DNA of 64,000 bases from Amphiscolops sp. MND2022 (taxonomy: Eukaryota), in contig OZ076409.1 in the NCBI GenBank assembly GCA_964187785.1, forward strand, positions 42,782,001 through 42,846,000, in the 5' to 3' direction. Of this stretch, positions 11,329 to 22,339 are shown one piece after another; position 1 is the stretch's first letter, and each line of letters starts with the position of its first letter. The notes under the pieces were generated by a model that saw nothing but the letters and a program-made list of their open reading frames with translations, was not told the origin of the DNA and made no database searches. Position numbers and translations under genes: made by a program.

Positions 11329-11644
11329 TGTATTCATCATTCAGCACCTTTAATTCAAAAGTGGACTCAGCGTCCCATAGACACGGCAGTCCTCATTTGT
11401 TTATTGACAGGCGGCATATGGCCGTCAAGTCCTTTAATTAAAGCGCCGCGTACAGTTTTGAATAAGAGCACTGGTTAATTAAATACTGCACTCTGATTGG
11501 CTAAGGTTTGCTCGGACTTGCTGTCCAAGGCGACAGGCGAGGAAACATTCGAACGCGTTTCCTCTACCTGTACGCCTTGGTGTCCAATTTACTAGCAACG
11601 TACAAATTAGCGCCGGTATTACGTAATATTAAATCATCACTACA
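11329..11644 (-). repeat. LTR-like terminal unit (316 bp)
   Basis: The minus strand starts TGTAGTGATG and ends GATGAATACA (imperfect terminal IR). In order it contains CCAAT (AGCCAATCAG, ~11495-11503), a TATA-like TATTTAATTAA (~11475-11485) and AATAAA (~11400-11405). Confidence 0.7.
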
Positions 11645-11779
11645 TGATATTTTACATTCAGAATAAATAAATTACATGACTTCTGAGATACAAATGCAGT
11701 TCATTTAAAAAGTTTCAATTTAATTGGATCGTGTTGGGTAGGGTTTTTTGATAGTTATGGCAAATAGAATACAAGTTGC

Positions 11780-13215
11780 CATCACAGGCGGACGCCTGGG
11801 ACAACTACGATCTCAAAGTTCATGGACCTGGCTACGTATACCATTTAAGAAAGGCTATCTGATTTTTCGGAAAGACAAAGATTAGACTTAACAGGAGTTT
11901 TTTGCGGATCAAGACATTGATTTTTTGGATGGACACAGAGTGCTCGACTCGATCATAAGTATTGACACTGCATGTGCTTCCTTCATTGTCAACAAAGCAA
12001 ATGAAAACGGTAAACTGATCAACAATCTGGCTGACTATTCCAAAGTGTCTCTACAATCCGTTTCTGAAACATATTCACAATGAGTTCAGCAGAGATCAAC
12101 ATTTATTACTAGGACGACGCCAGACAGCGTGTATAATTTGCATAAGTCAGAAAAAAGCTATCAAAGATGCTTTTTCAAAGAAAATGTTGGCAAAAACTAT
12201 TTCGATCAGAATCTTCGAAACGTGTTTTCGTTACCAATCAAAGATAGTGGTCTGAAGATCTCGATGACCGAACACATGAACATGCCCACCCAACGAAACG
12301 GTGCAAAATGGTTTAATAATTATAAGGGACCCTTTCTTGAAAACGATGTCGTAACATTATGAACAGGTCCAATTGCCACAGCTGAGTCAATGCGAAGGAA
12401 AACGAAAATTACTCAAAATAAAACGAAGCCATCTGATATAGCCATTGGAAGATAACCAAAGTTATTCACTCGGCTTGTCCTCAGATAAACAATGGTCAAG
12501 TTGGATTCACGCCCTACCGGTGCAAAGGTTTAACTTTGACTTGTCTAAGTGTGAAATCACAGATGGAATAGCTCTCAGGTACCAGTTGGACCCCAAGCGG
12601 AAACCATCCTACTCAAAAAATATACCGTGATGCATTGTCCGAACTGTGGGTACAATCACATCAGGAAATCAGAGACAAATTAAATGGCCAAACTGATGCT
12701 ATGCTACGACCTATCAGTCCAACAGAATCTTCAAGTGTTTCAAAGTGAACAAATCCACAACCCGAGAAGATGAGGCTCGACTGGACAACACAGGAAAAAG
12801 CCTTTGGGAATCATGGATTTCCACAACATTTTTCGACGTCAAGGTTGTCGACCCGCATGCTAAATTGTGCCCCAAAAGCATCGCAGAAGCATACAAATAC
12901 CACGAGTCGATGAAAAAGTAACTATGAAGAATGCGTCATCAAAGTTTAGAAGAGCACATTCTGTTCGCTGATTTTTTCATGCACATGAGGCCCATCAGAG
13001 ACCAAAGTGATGGAGGAACTCGGTAGGTTGATCAGCAACAAAAGAATCGAGCCCTGCAGATGTTGTTTCTTTCATCAGAACAAAACTTAGCATCGCCCTG
13101 CTGAGAAGCAGTCTTCTCTGCATAAGGGATTGTAGATCACTGATATGAACGACAATACAAGAAATTAAATCAACATACTCTGTGATTGTATAAGAAGGGA
13201 AGCTATCAGTCAATA
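11780..13215 (+). mobile_element. Decayed RLE-type (CRE-like) non-LTR retrotransposon, 3' part
   Basis: Fragments SSWIHALPVQRFNFDLSKCEITDGIALRY and EDEARLD...TTFFDVKVVDPHAK...AYKYHESMKK resemble the C-terminal restriction-like endonuclease region. Many stops and frameshifts. Confidence 0.7.
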
Positions 13216-13689
13216 ATTGATGTCTCAGTTGCTGGGCAACTCAAGAACACAAAAGTAAAAACTGAAAACTTCCATTTCTCTGCACATCCTCTAACATACT
13301 TTCTTTTCTTTTTTGTTGCCAAGAACGTCAATCCTAAAAAATAATCTTGACCTTCATTTTATTTCAATGCATCAATGTATATGAAATTTTTTTAAATAGA
13401 CAAAGAATAACTATTTATACAAATAATGAATTCAGGTTTACTTTCTGTTCCACTGAGAAAAAGTGGACGCTTGAAGATATCGCGCAAAGTCCGAAGTTTT
13501 GACGTTATATCAGAACTATATTGCGTTTCATTGAGGAGGACGCGTTGATTCGAACAAAGAGCTTCCATCCACTCCCGCTCTTTCTACCCGAGCTCGAAGC
13601 GTTTTCCAACATTTAATGTTTCGACTGAAAAAGTGGTGTAATAGGCTTGTTGAAAAGGTTCAGAGATGGACATGATTAGAATTTGAGAT

Positions 13690-16043
13690 CACTGGACAAA
13701 ATCTCTGGCGCTGTTTTGTCGGTTTGTTGCTGCACTTGGGCTAAAAGAACTATTACAACCCGGTGAGATATTTCCATTCATATTTCATCTTATCAATTCA
13801 ATGTTTTGTTTCATATTTTGTTTGCTTCACTGTGATGGTGGTTTTTTGGGGAGATTGGCACACACCCGCATGTGTTATTCCGGCAACTGATTTGGGTTCG
13901 ATATTGAATTTTGATGAAAAACAACGAAACCTGCAACGCTCTGAAGTGCCTGAAGCCCTCATGGTTGTTCGACTGGGTGAATTGTAGGATTTGCAACGGA
14001 TAGGTTCTAATATCTTGTGCCAATTTATCAGAAACAGTGGCCCGTAGCCTAACCGAATTTAAATGTTGTAGGTGCTCTTTCGTCAACACTATCCTTCAGT
14101 GTTATGATGATAACTTTGGACCAGCCAACTTTTTTCATTCAGGCATTTTTCACTAGAAAAGAGTTCTTAAAAATTCACGGATGTCTGTAGCTGAAACCTT
14201 GATACCCGAAAATAATGATTTTAGAGAAACCCCGTCAAATATTGTCTTCTGGTGATTAGTGCTCACCACCTCGAAAAACCACCAGCTTCAAAAACCACCT
14301 CGAGGAAGTAAGCGTCAGAAGTCATTCTTCAGTGCAGTTGTCACCAAATGTATTCGGGAAAGTGTCATTGAGAAAACAACACAAACGCGAGAGAAAACAC
14401 AACAGAAAAGCAGTTTAGATGGACGACTGTGTTCCACTAATTTAGACGAAGTAAATGTTAGGACCGGAAACAGGAGGGTAGCAGGCGACAACAAGATTGT
14501 AGAATTCACGGTCGACAACTACGCGGCCCTCAAGTTGAAACATCCGCAGAGGGCAATTTGCTCTGTCCCAGACGCCAGATGTCGATTGTTTTTCAACCTC
14601 GGAGTTCTTCGTCCACAAGGCTCTCATGTCCTTTCTCAACGGCTCTAGTGTAGGTTTGGTTGGCATTTTGCCGCAAATTTTAAAAGACTTGACTGCCAAT
14701 GTGAACGTGCAAACTGGACTGAACTTTCTCAGAGACTCAACAAATCTTGTGAATGTGCTTCTCGAAGAAAAAATACCTTCCGAACAGTGACCGTACTTCT
14801 TTGCTGCAAAATTAATTGCGTTGAAAAAGCCCGATGGAGGACTTCGACCTATCGCTGTAGGAAATACTTTCCGCCGGTTGTCCCCAAAATGTGCCGTATA
14901 CCATGTCTTCGAATAGCTTCAAGCAAGATACGGAAGTCGACAAGTAGGCACCAGAAGGGGCGCTGAATTGGAGTTTCATGTTTTCCGTTGTCTGATAAAA
15001 ATCGCCCAGCCCAAAGTAAAGGTTATCTTGAAAGTTTTTTTACGGCGATTCAATAATCAAATATTGTGAAGGGACCAAACAAGGAGATCTTGAGTCTCCT
15101 TCTCTATTTTTGGATCCATTCAGGATCTGATTGACAGCTTAAAGTCGAAAAAAAAAACTTGTGATACCTCGACGATTCAATATTAGAAGATGACTTTGGA
15201 AGCGTTTTGAAAGATCTCAAAATATTTGTTGAAGCAGAAAAAACGCAGGGACTTTAAATTAAACCCACGAAAAGCGAAATTTTTCCTCGGTGACCTCACT
15301 GAAAAACGACGATCGACAAATTTAGCATCCGTCCCAAAAATCTGTCCGGTGTCAAAACACCAAAGAAACCTGAAGTTATCATTCACACCGCAGGCCGACT
15401 TGTTGGAAAAAAGTATTGAATTGGAAAAATCATAGAAATTGTTGAAAACTGGATGCACATTCTGTTTTTTTTTGGGTTGAAAAAGTGCTTCAATTTGTCA
15501 GAGTTGACGTACTTCTTGAGAACCAGTACATGTTATAATCAACCAAGTCTCGTCAAAGTGTATGAAAAAACCGTACGCGACGGGCTTCCCATAGTTTGTG
15601 ACGTGAACTTCGATGGTACTACCAGTACTCAGCTGAATCTGCTACCAAATCGGATGGTCTTGGGGTTCCATCCGGATCATTATTTCCACTTCCCGCTTTT
15701 TTGGTCTCAGGTTTTGGTGCGAGTGACTTTCTCACGACATTTTCTTGGAAACCTTCGAAGATGTTTCGTTCACAAGAGAGCTTTAGAAATGGCTGAGATT
15801 GACAAAACATGGAAATCCTCTCCATGGAACTCAGAAAAATGGACCCAACCTGTTGACCTTAAAACCGCTGAAAGTTTGATATCTGGAATGGACGACAAAG
15901 ATTCGAAAGTCATCAAGGCAGATGACAAACATCAACGGTCATCAAGGCAAACTCGGGCTTCAGTTGCTGAACGTTGTTTCTTAGGATTGGACTGCAAGAA
16001 CTTAGGATTGGAACTTGATGATCAGCAGCTTCGGATTTCAATT
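13690..16043 (+). mobile_element. Second decayed CRE-like non-LTR retrotransposon (RT region), 3'-truncated by the repeat nest
   Basis: PYFFAAKLIALKKPDGGLRPIAVGNTFRRLSPKC at ~14790-14890, a GP.QGD-like motif at ~15070, YLDD at ~15165, and LGLELDDQQLRISIS at ~16000-16045. Confidence 0.75.
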
Positions 16044-16506
16044 TCTAGTGCTCCGCGGCCCCTAAAGGCCGCTTATGTTCACATCTCGCTAACGAGGTTG
16101 AACAGGATCAAAGACCTAGCGAGAACGGAGATCGCGAAGCTATTGTAGTGAGAGCTGGTCTTTGCGACGGTTAGGGCGAGCGTGCATACACGGTAAATGA
16201 CCCCATATTAGGTGAGGAGAAGTACCTAATCTATTTTAAACACTTCACAGGAGCAAAAACCGGATACGGGACAATTTGCCGAACGACAATTTGCCGAAAC
16301 CCAATTTGCCGAACGTGAAGGACAATTTGGCGAAAATTATTCGGCAAATTGTCCCTGAGTCAATTTTCGCTTAATTGTCTTTCAGCAAATTGTCCCGTAT
16401 CCCTGTTTTCAACTAACAATTTTTTGGCCGTCGGATATTCCCCATTTCCCCTAGTGCCCAGCGGCCCCTTAGGGCCGCTATTATTCCCATCTTGCTAAGC
16501 AAGGTC
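16044..16506. repeat. Copy of hairpin-rich repeat unit with an embedded GACAATTTGCCGAA palindromic MITE
   Basis: Same unit as in 19855-21886. Inverted termini CGGATACGGGACAATTTG...CAAATTGTCCCGTATCC at 16261-16402. Confidence 0.8.
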
Positions 16507-16509
16507 GCT

Positions 16510-19500
16510 CGGATTAATTTACAGCTAGATATTAATTTACACTTGACAATAATACGATGTTGTAGTTAATCGAAACGTCCGCTAAATGGTATGAATTCAA
16601 CCAGATTTACACAATCTCGTAAATTGTAGAGGTTGAAAGTTTTTGCGGGTCGGTTCGTAGCTTCGTATATTGTACAGTCGAAAAAAAAGTGAGTAGCTGT
16701 TTCTTTTGTTTCTTTGCAAGGGCAAAGCGGGCTAGCAATTAGACTTCTATTGTAGGCGAAGTTATTCATTGAGGGGTAGATATCCAGTAATAGTTCAATA
16801 GCGGTCCGCATTACTTGTTTAGTAGCGTTTACTGGTTTACTTTTATCAGCATTGGGTCATTGTCTACTCTATGTACAAGATTCATTAGGTGTAGCAAAAT
16901 CCGGGTATGGCATCTGGAGTTCCATCTAAGAAGGATGCGAGTTCTACTCACACCTTCGGTGTAGCTATGGTCGTCAGATGAATCAATATATTTCAGACTG
17001 TAAAAATTTTTCAATATGTTTCTCTGAGAGGTGATGAATGTTAATGAGTTTTGTTGTTAAATAACTCGTTTCCTCAGATGATCATGGTATTGAAGAACTT
17101 TCGTTAGAAATTTGGCTGAGATGTTTTGAACAACAATGTTTATTGGAGGTATGCCCAGTAGCACTTCTGTAGCCCATGAATTCGGATAGTACTTTGTCTC
17201 AAACATCGCAATTGACAAACGATTGAAAATTTTCTGCGAGCTTCTTGGTATTGTGATTCGCCCATACAGGAGCACAGTAGAGTAGCGTCGGTAGAATAAG
17301 AGTTTTGTATAGAAGAACGAGCGTGTTCCGCGAAAGACCCCATTTTATATTACAGTGAATTCTCAATCCTTTCCACCGACCTTTGCAACGAGCAGTTATC
17401 TTTTCTGCCTTTTAAAAGAAAAACTGTCCTCGACGGTCAGTCCCAGTATTTTTGTATCATCGCCTATTTTCCATTTTTCACCTTTTAGTTTGAATACAGG
17501 TATTTTCTCATCCAGGTTAATGGGCACAATTTCGGTCTTGGTGCCGTTCAGTTGGATCCACCCGGTTCGACACCAATAATCTACCGCATTCAGACTTTGT
17601 TCAAAAGTGAGAAACGTGATTGATTGGTTAACAGTAATCACGAGTATCTGTGAGTATTCAGCATATTTGAACTTTATCCCTGTTGTATTGCTGAACAGAT
17701 CTGCAATGTAATAAATAAAAAGCAGGGGTGATAGTACACTTCCCTGAGGATTGCCCTGTTTAGGTTCGAAAGGATAGCTGATCACATCGTCAAGTCTTAT
17801 TTTGACAACGTGGCAAGCGAGAAACTTGCTCAGTAGTTTAAAGAGAAGTCCTCTGATTCCTGCTGTCCATAGTTTGAGCAACAACCCATTGTGCCAAACA
17901 CTATTAAATGCTTTTTCTAGGATCAAGGTTAATGAGAGCAGCTTTCTTTTTGTCCCTGGCAAGTATTTCGTATTTTCAATCTGTTGTTTAGTATCCTCTC
18001 AAACACTTTTCCGACATGGTTACTCATGCAGATAGGTCTATATGCAGAGGAATCAATATAGCCTGGTTTAGAAAGTTTCTTATTAGAAAGAACACGAGAT
18101 TCAGTCCACGGCCATACACTATTTGTAGGCAGGATTTGAAGAGATTCACTAGACATGTACGGAATTTTGGACCAGATTTGACAATCATCTTAGGGTGGAA
18201 TTTGTTTTCGTCAGATGAACAAGCGGTGTTGTGAAGTTTGTTAATGACATTATCAAGTTCATGCATCTGGACATCTCCATTACACCATACATTATCCGGT
18301 CCTTGTTTTTGTTCGAGCTGGTGAATGAGATCCATTTGTTGATTCGTCATTTGCTTGAAAGTTTGGACAAAATCCACTTCATTCAAATGTTTTCCGCTGA
18401 GAAAGGTGTCCATAAGTACATGGGTTTTTTTGTGGCTGTGAAGCAGAGTCCTTTTGTACATTTTAGAGGATCAATCCTTGTGTATCTTTCATTACAGAAG
18501 ACTTTTTTGAAGTTTTTCCAGAACTCATTTCCGTAATGGGCATTGTTAAAATTCTTGCAGTTTTTTTTCGTCCAAATAGTTGCCGCCGTCTCAATTTCTT
18601 TTTTGAGTTTTTCGCGAGCGTCATTCAGAGCTGCATTTCCTGATTTCCTGGAGTCGAAGTACGTTTAAAACGTTCTCGAAGCTGTCTTGTGCTGTTGCTT
18701 AAATTCGTAAAATGTGTGTTCCAAAAGGGCTTATTATGTACTGAGCAAATTTTGGTTGGGATGCATAGCCGATTTACTTCTTCCAGTAACTTACTAAGTG
18801 TCAGCCATGTTTCATCAGGTTTATTGTATTTCGGGTTTGCAGGGTCCGTCCATTTACTGGCTTCTTCTTCCAAAGCTTCACGCCATCTGACCCAGTCTGC
18901 GTTTTCCAGGTCAAATTTAGTTTCTCTGTTGTTGCTTCTGGTTGGTATGTCAAAAGTTACATGTACCGGTACATGCACTCTATTAGAATAGCCAGTGAAC
19001 AGTTCGATTTCAGTGTCTGTGTAAAGAGAGAAATTCCAGCTGGTTATACTGTCCGTTACGATGAAAACATCAATGATGGAGGCTCCGTTAGCTGCGTAAA
19101 AAGTATATTCGCCATCATTTAGAATGTTCACCTCAGGCTTTTCGACGAAATGTTCCAGCATTTTGCCACTCTTATTGCAACGTGTATCGCCCCACAATAG
19201 CTTCTAGCATCTAAGTCTCCCACGAAGATAACTCCCGTCATGTTGCTTCTTTTGGCATAAGCTCTTGCATTTTCCAGTGAATTAAAGAAGTCTTTAATAG
19301 AGTCTTCGGCGTTTCGAGGAATGTATGCAGTTGCTAGAATGAAGAATTTAAGACCAAGGTACACTACGCACCAGATTGAGTCAAATGTTTTTTCCTGGAA
19401 AGTCGGAATTTCACAGCAGCTTACGTCTTTAGGTAAAAAAAAGGCAACCCCGCCATGATGTGCTAGCTGATGGTGTGTAAACGTCCGATAGTTTTCGAAA

Positions 19501-19553
19501 ATGTCATGAGAAATCCATTGTTTGGTTTCGTTTAGTGATATAAAGTCTGGTTT
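16510..19553 (-). mobile_element. Decayed APE-type LINE ORF2 (endonuclease, RT, C-terminal CCHC)
   Basis: APE motifs DFISLNETK, GDLDARS and YTFYAANGASIIDVFIV; RT motifs YRPIC, EKAFNSVWHNGLLLKL and QGNPQGSVLSPLLF; zinc motif SPLCPCKETKETATHFFFDC. Multiple frameshifts. Confidence 0.9.
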
Positions 19554-20039
19554 CGGGTTAGGGACATTTTGCCGAAAGAAAATTTGCCGAAAGACAATTT
19601 GCCGAAACCCAATTTGCCGAACGTGAAGGACAATTTGTCGAATATTTTCGGCAAATTGTCCTTTGAATTTGCCGAATTCTGTAGGGACAATTTGCTGAAG
19701 ACCTAGCGTTTTCGGGTTAGGGACAGTTTGCTGAAAGACAATTTGCCGAAACCCAATTTGCCGAACGTGAAAGACAATTTGCCGATTTTTATTCGGCAAA
19801 TTGTCCCTTTGAATTCACCGCATTTGTAGGGACAATTTGCCGAATACCTAGCGTTTTCAATACCAATGATTTTGGCCGTCGGATATGCCCCCTACTCATA
19901 TAGTGCCCCGCGGCCCCTTGGGGTCGCTTTTGTTCCCATCTTGCTGAGCAAGGTCGAACAGAAGCAAAGACCTATCGGGAACGAAGATCGCGAAGCAATC
20001 GTAGTGGGATCTGGTCTTTGCGACGGCGATGGCGAGCGT

Positions 20040-20811
20040 CGGGTCAGGGACATTTCGTCACCAGCTATTTGGGCGACAAGATGGCGTCGGTCATAAGGGC
20101 GACAAAAGTGTCGACCAAATGGGTTGATCAAATTGATCAATTAACTAATATATTTAAAGAAGTTAGCGTATTTGTTGTATGGCTCGGTCGCTTCGCTGCC
20201 TTCGCCAAGTAGCAACATTGAGGCATGGCCATATTGCACGTCGCTTCGCTTCGCTTCGCTCCTGCATTTAGGACACTAGGGGTATGTGAACATATTTGAC
20301 GAGACAATTGGATGACATTATTGTCGCCGAAATGGGCAGAAATTTTTGTCGCCCAAATGGCTGGTGACGAAATGTTGGTGGCTGTAAATAGGTCAAATTT
20401 TTCTGGTCGAAAGGACAGATGTCGAACCTTTTGATCGAATTGCAGGGATCGAATGGAATGCGGTCGAATTTTATCGTATTTGTTGTATGGCTCGGTCGCT
20501 TCGCTCCCTTCGCCAAGTAGCAACATTGAGGCATGGCCATATTGCACGTCGCTCCGCTTCGCTTCGCTTCGCTCCTGCATTTAGGGCACTAGGGGTATGT
20601 GAACATATTTGACGAGACAATTGGATGACATTATTGTCGCCGAAATGGGCAGAAATTTTTCTCGCCCAAATGGCTGGTGACGAAATGTTGGTGGCTGTAA
20701 ATAGGTCAAATTTTTCTGGTCGAAAGGACAGATGTCGAACCTTTTGATCGAATTGCAGGGATGCCGTTCCTTCGACCTATTTCCGCCCACCCACGTAATG
20801 GCCCTGCCCCG
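20040..20811. mobile_element. MITE-like insertion with a 7-bp TSD and an internal ~308-bp tandem duplication
   Basis: TSD CGAGCGT at 20033-20039 and 20812-20818. Termini CGGGTCAGGGAC / GCCCTGCCCCG. Duplicated block starts at 20167 and 20475. Confidence 0.7.
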
Positions 20812-21121
20812 CGAGCGTCCATACACCGTATATGACCCCATATTAGGTGAGGTTGTATCTAATCTATTTTAAACGCTTCGCAGGAGCAAAAACCGAATAC
20901 CGGACAATTTGCCGAACGTGAAGGACAATTTGCCGAAAATATTCGGCAAATTGTCCCTGAGTCAATTTTCGGCAAATTGTCCCGTATCCGCGTTTTCAAA
21001 TAACAATGTTTTTGGCAGTCGGGTATGCCCCCATTTCCTCTAGTGCCCCGCGGCCCCTTGGGGCCGCTTATGTTCCCATCTTGCTAAGCGAGGTCGAACA
21101 GGAGCAAAAACCTAGCGGGAA

Positions 21122-21680
21122 TGGTATATGGTCACTTGGCTTAATGCCATTTGGCTTAAAGTCAATTGGCATAATACAATTGGTCATTTGGCTTAATTTT
21201 TTTAAGCTTAGTGTCTCAGGTATTGGTCACTTGGCTTAAAGTCATTTGACTCGAAACCACTTAGTTGATAACAAGTGTCAGATTTTGTCGAATTTATCTT
21301 TATAACGTAGTCAGCGTATTATTATAACATGTCATATCAAGTACCCCTCGGAAATGTCCCCATTTCCTCTAGTGCCCTGCGGCCCCTTGGGGCCGCTTAT
21401 ATTCCCATCTTGCTAAGCGAGGTCGAACAGGAGCAAAGACCTAGCGGGAACGAAGATCGCGAAGCGATCGTAGTGGGAGCTGGTCTTTGCGACGGTGAGG
21501 GCGAGCGTGCATACACCGCATATGCCCCACATTATGATATTTCTGGGAGTTGACATATTTATTCCTTGAGTTAAAATGGAGTTGGCTTAATTTTGTGGTC
21601 ACTTGGCCTAAAGGTTTTAAGCCAAATGACTCGACGAAAAAATTAAGCCAAATGGTATTAAGCCAAGTGATTGGTAACCG
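21122..21680. mobile_element. MITE-like insertion with TTGGCTTAA-repeat TIRs and a 6-bp TSD
   Basis: TSD CGGGAA at 21116-21121 and 21681-21686. TIRs TCACTTGGCTTAATGCCATTTGGCTTAA / TTAAGCCAAATGGTATTAAGCCAAGTGA. Confidence 0.7.
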
Positions 21681-22339
21681 CGGGAACGGAGATCGCGAAG
21701 CGATCGTAGTGGGAGCTGGTCTTTGCGAGGGCGAGCGTGCATACACCGTATATGACCCCATATTAGGTGAGGAGAAGTACCTAATCTATTTTAAACGCTT
21801 CGCAGGAGCAAAAACCGGATACGGGACAATTTGCCGAAAGACAATTTGCCGAAACCCAATTTGCCGAACGTGAAGGACAATTTGCCTGGGATAAGGGCTG
21901 GTATGAGTAGTTTGTTGGTTGTTTTTCGTTGCTACTGGGATAGTGGCTGGTATGGGGTTCCCTCCTTTCGTTGCAGTCCATGGGTGTGTGTCTTCCCCCC
22001 CCCCCATGATGACACACATGGCACTTGTTTGATGACGAAGATCCATGATATCTGATAGTGAAGAAAAGCTTGAAAAAATTCATTTAAAGTCCTCAACATT
22101 TTCCAGAGACTTCGCAATTTTTGGGCTTTAAATGGCGCGCCAATTTGAGACGTTCCCGTGTTTTTCATCGGACGTCCTTTGCTTTTTTTGTATATTTCAT
22201 CAAGGCGTTCTTTGCGTTAGGGAATAATGGTCCTGTGGCTCGAAACAAGCCCAGCCATATTGTGGGTTCAGCTGATTTTTGTTTTCAGTTGAGGCAGAAT
22301 GATAATAACTTTATAGCAGCTGCTTTTCTGCCTCGATAA

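Larger units (their letters stand above)
4990..11644 (-). mobile_element. Ty3/Gypsy-type LTR retrotransposon, decayed; probably extends left over the antisense gene and beyond the window start
   Basis: PR-RT-RH-IN domain order in ORF 5934-10487, an upstream ORF at 10447-10872 and a TG...CA LTR-like unit at 11329-11644. No second direct LTR is present in the window. Confidence 0.9.
19555..21886. repeat. Nested cluster: tandem hairpin-rich unit (Helentron/HINE-like) with several inserted CGG...CCG MITEs
   Basis: The unit carries hairpins GCGGCCCCTTGGGGCCGC, GATCGCGAAGCGATC and ATTAGGT...ACCTAAT and recurs at ~19855, ~21000, ~21350 and ~21680. GACAATTTGCCGAA minisatellite/palindromes lie at 19555-19850, 20894-20990 and 21816-21886. 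Confidence 0.8.

Noticed and set aside
11361..11430. Self-cleaving ribozyme in the LTR
   Set aside because: No hammerhead (CUGANGA...GAAA), HDV or twister core could be assembled by eye.
19128..19799. 223-aa ORF with RQIVF repeats fused to an endonuclease
   Set aside because: Chance read-through from the GACAATTTGCCGAA minisatellite into the LINE remnant.
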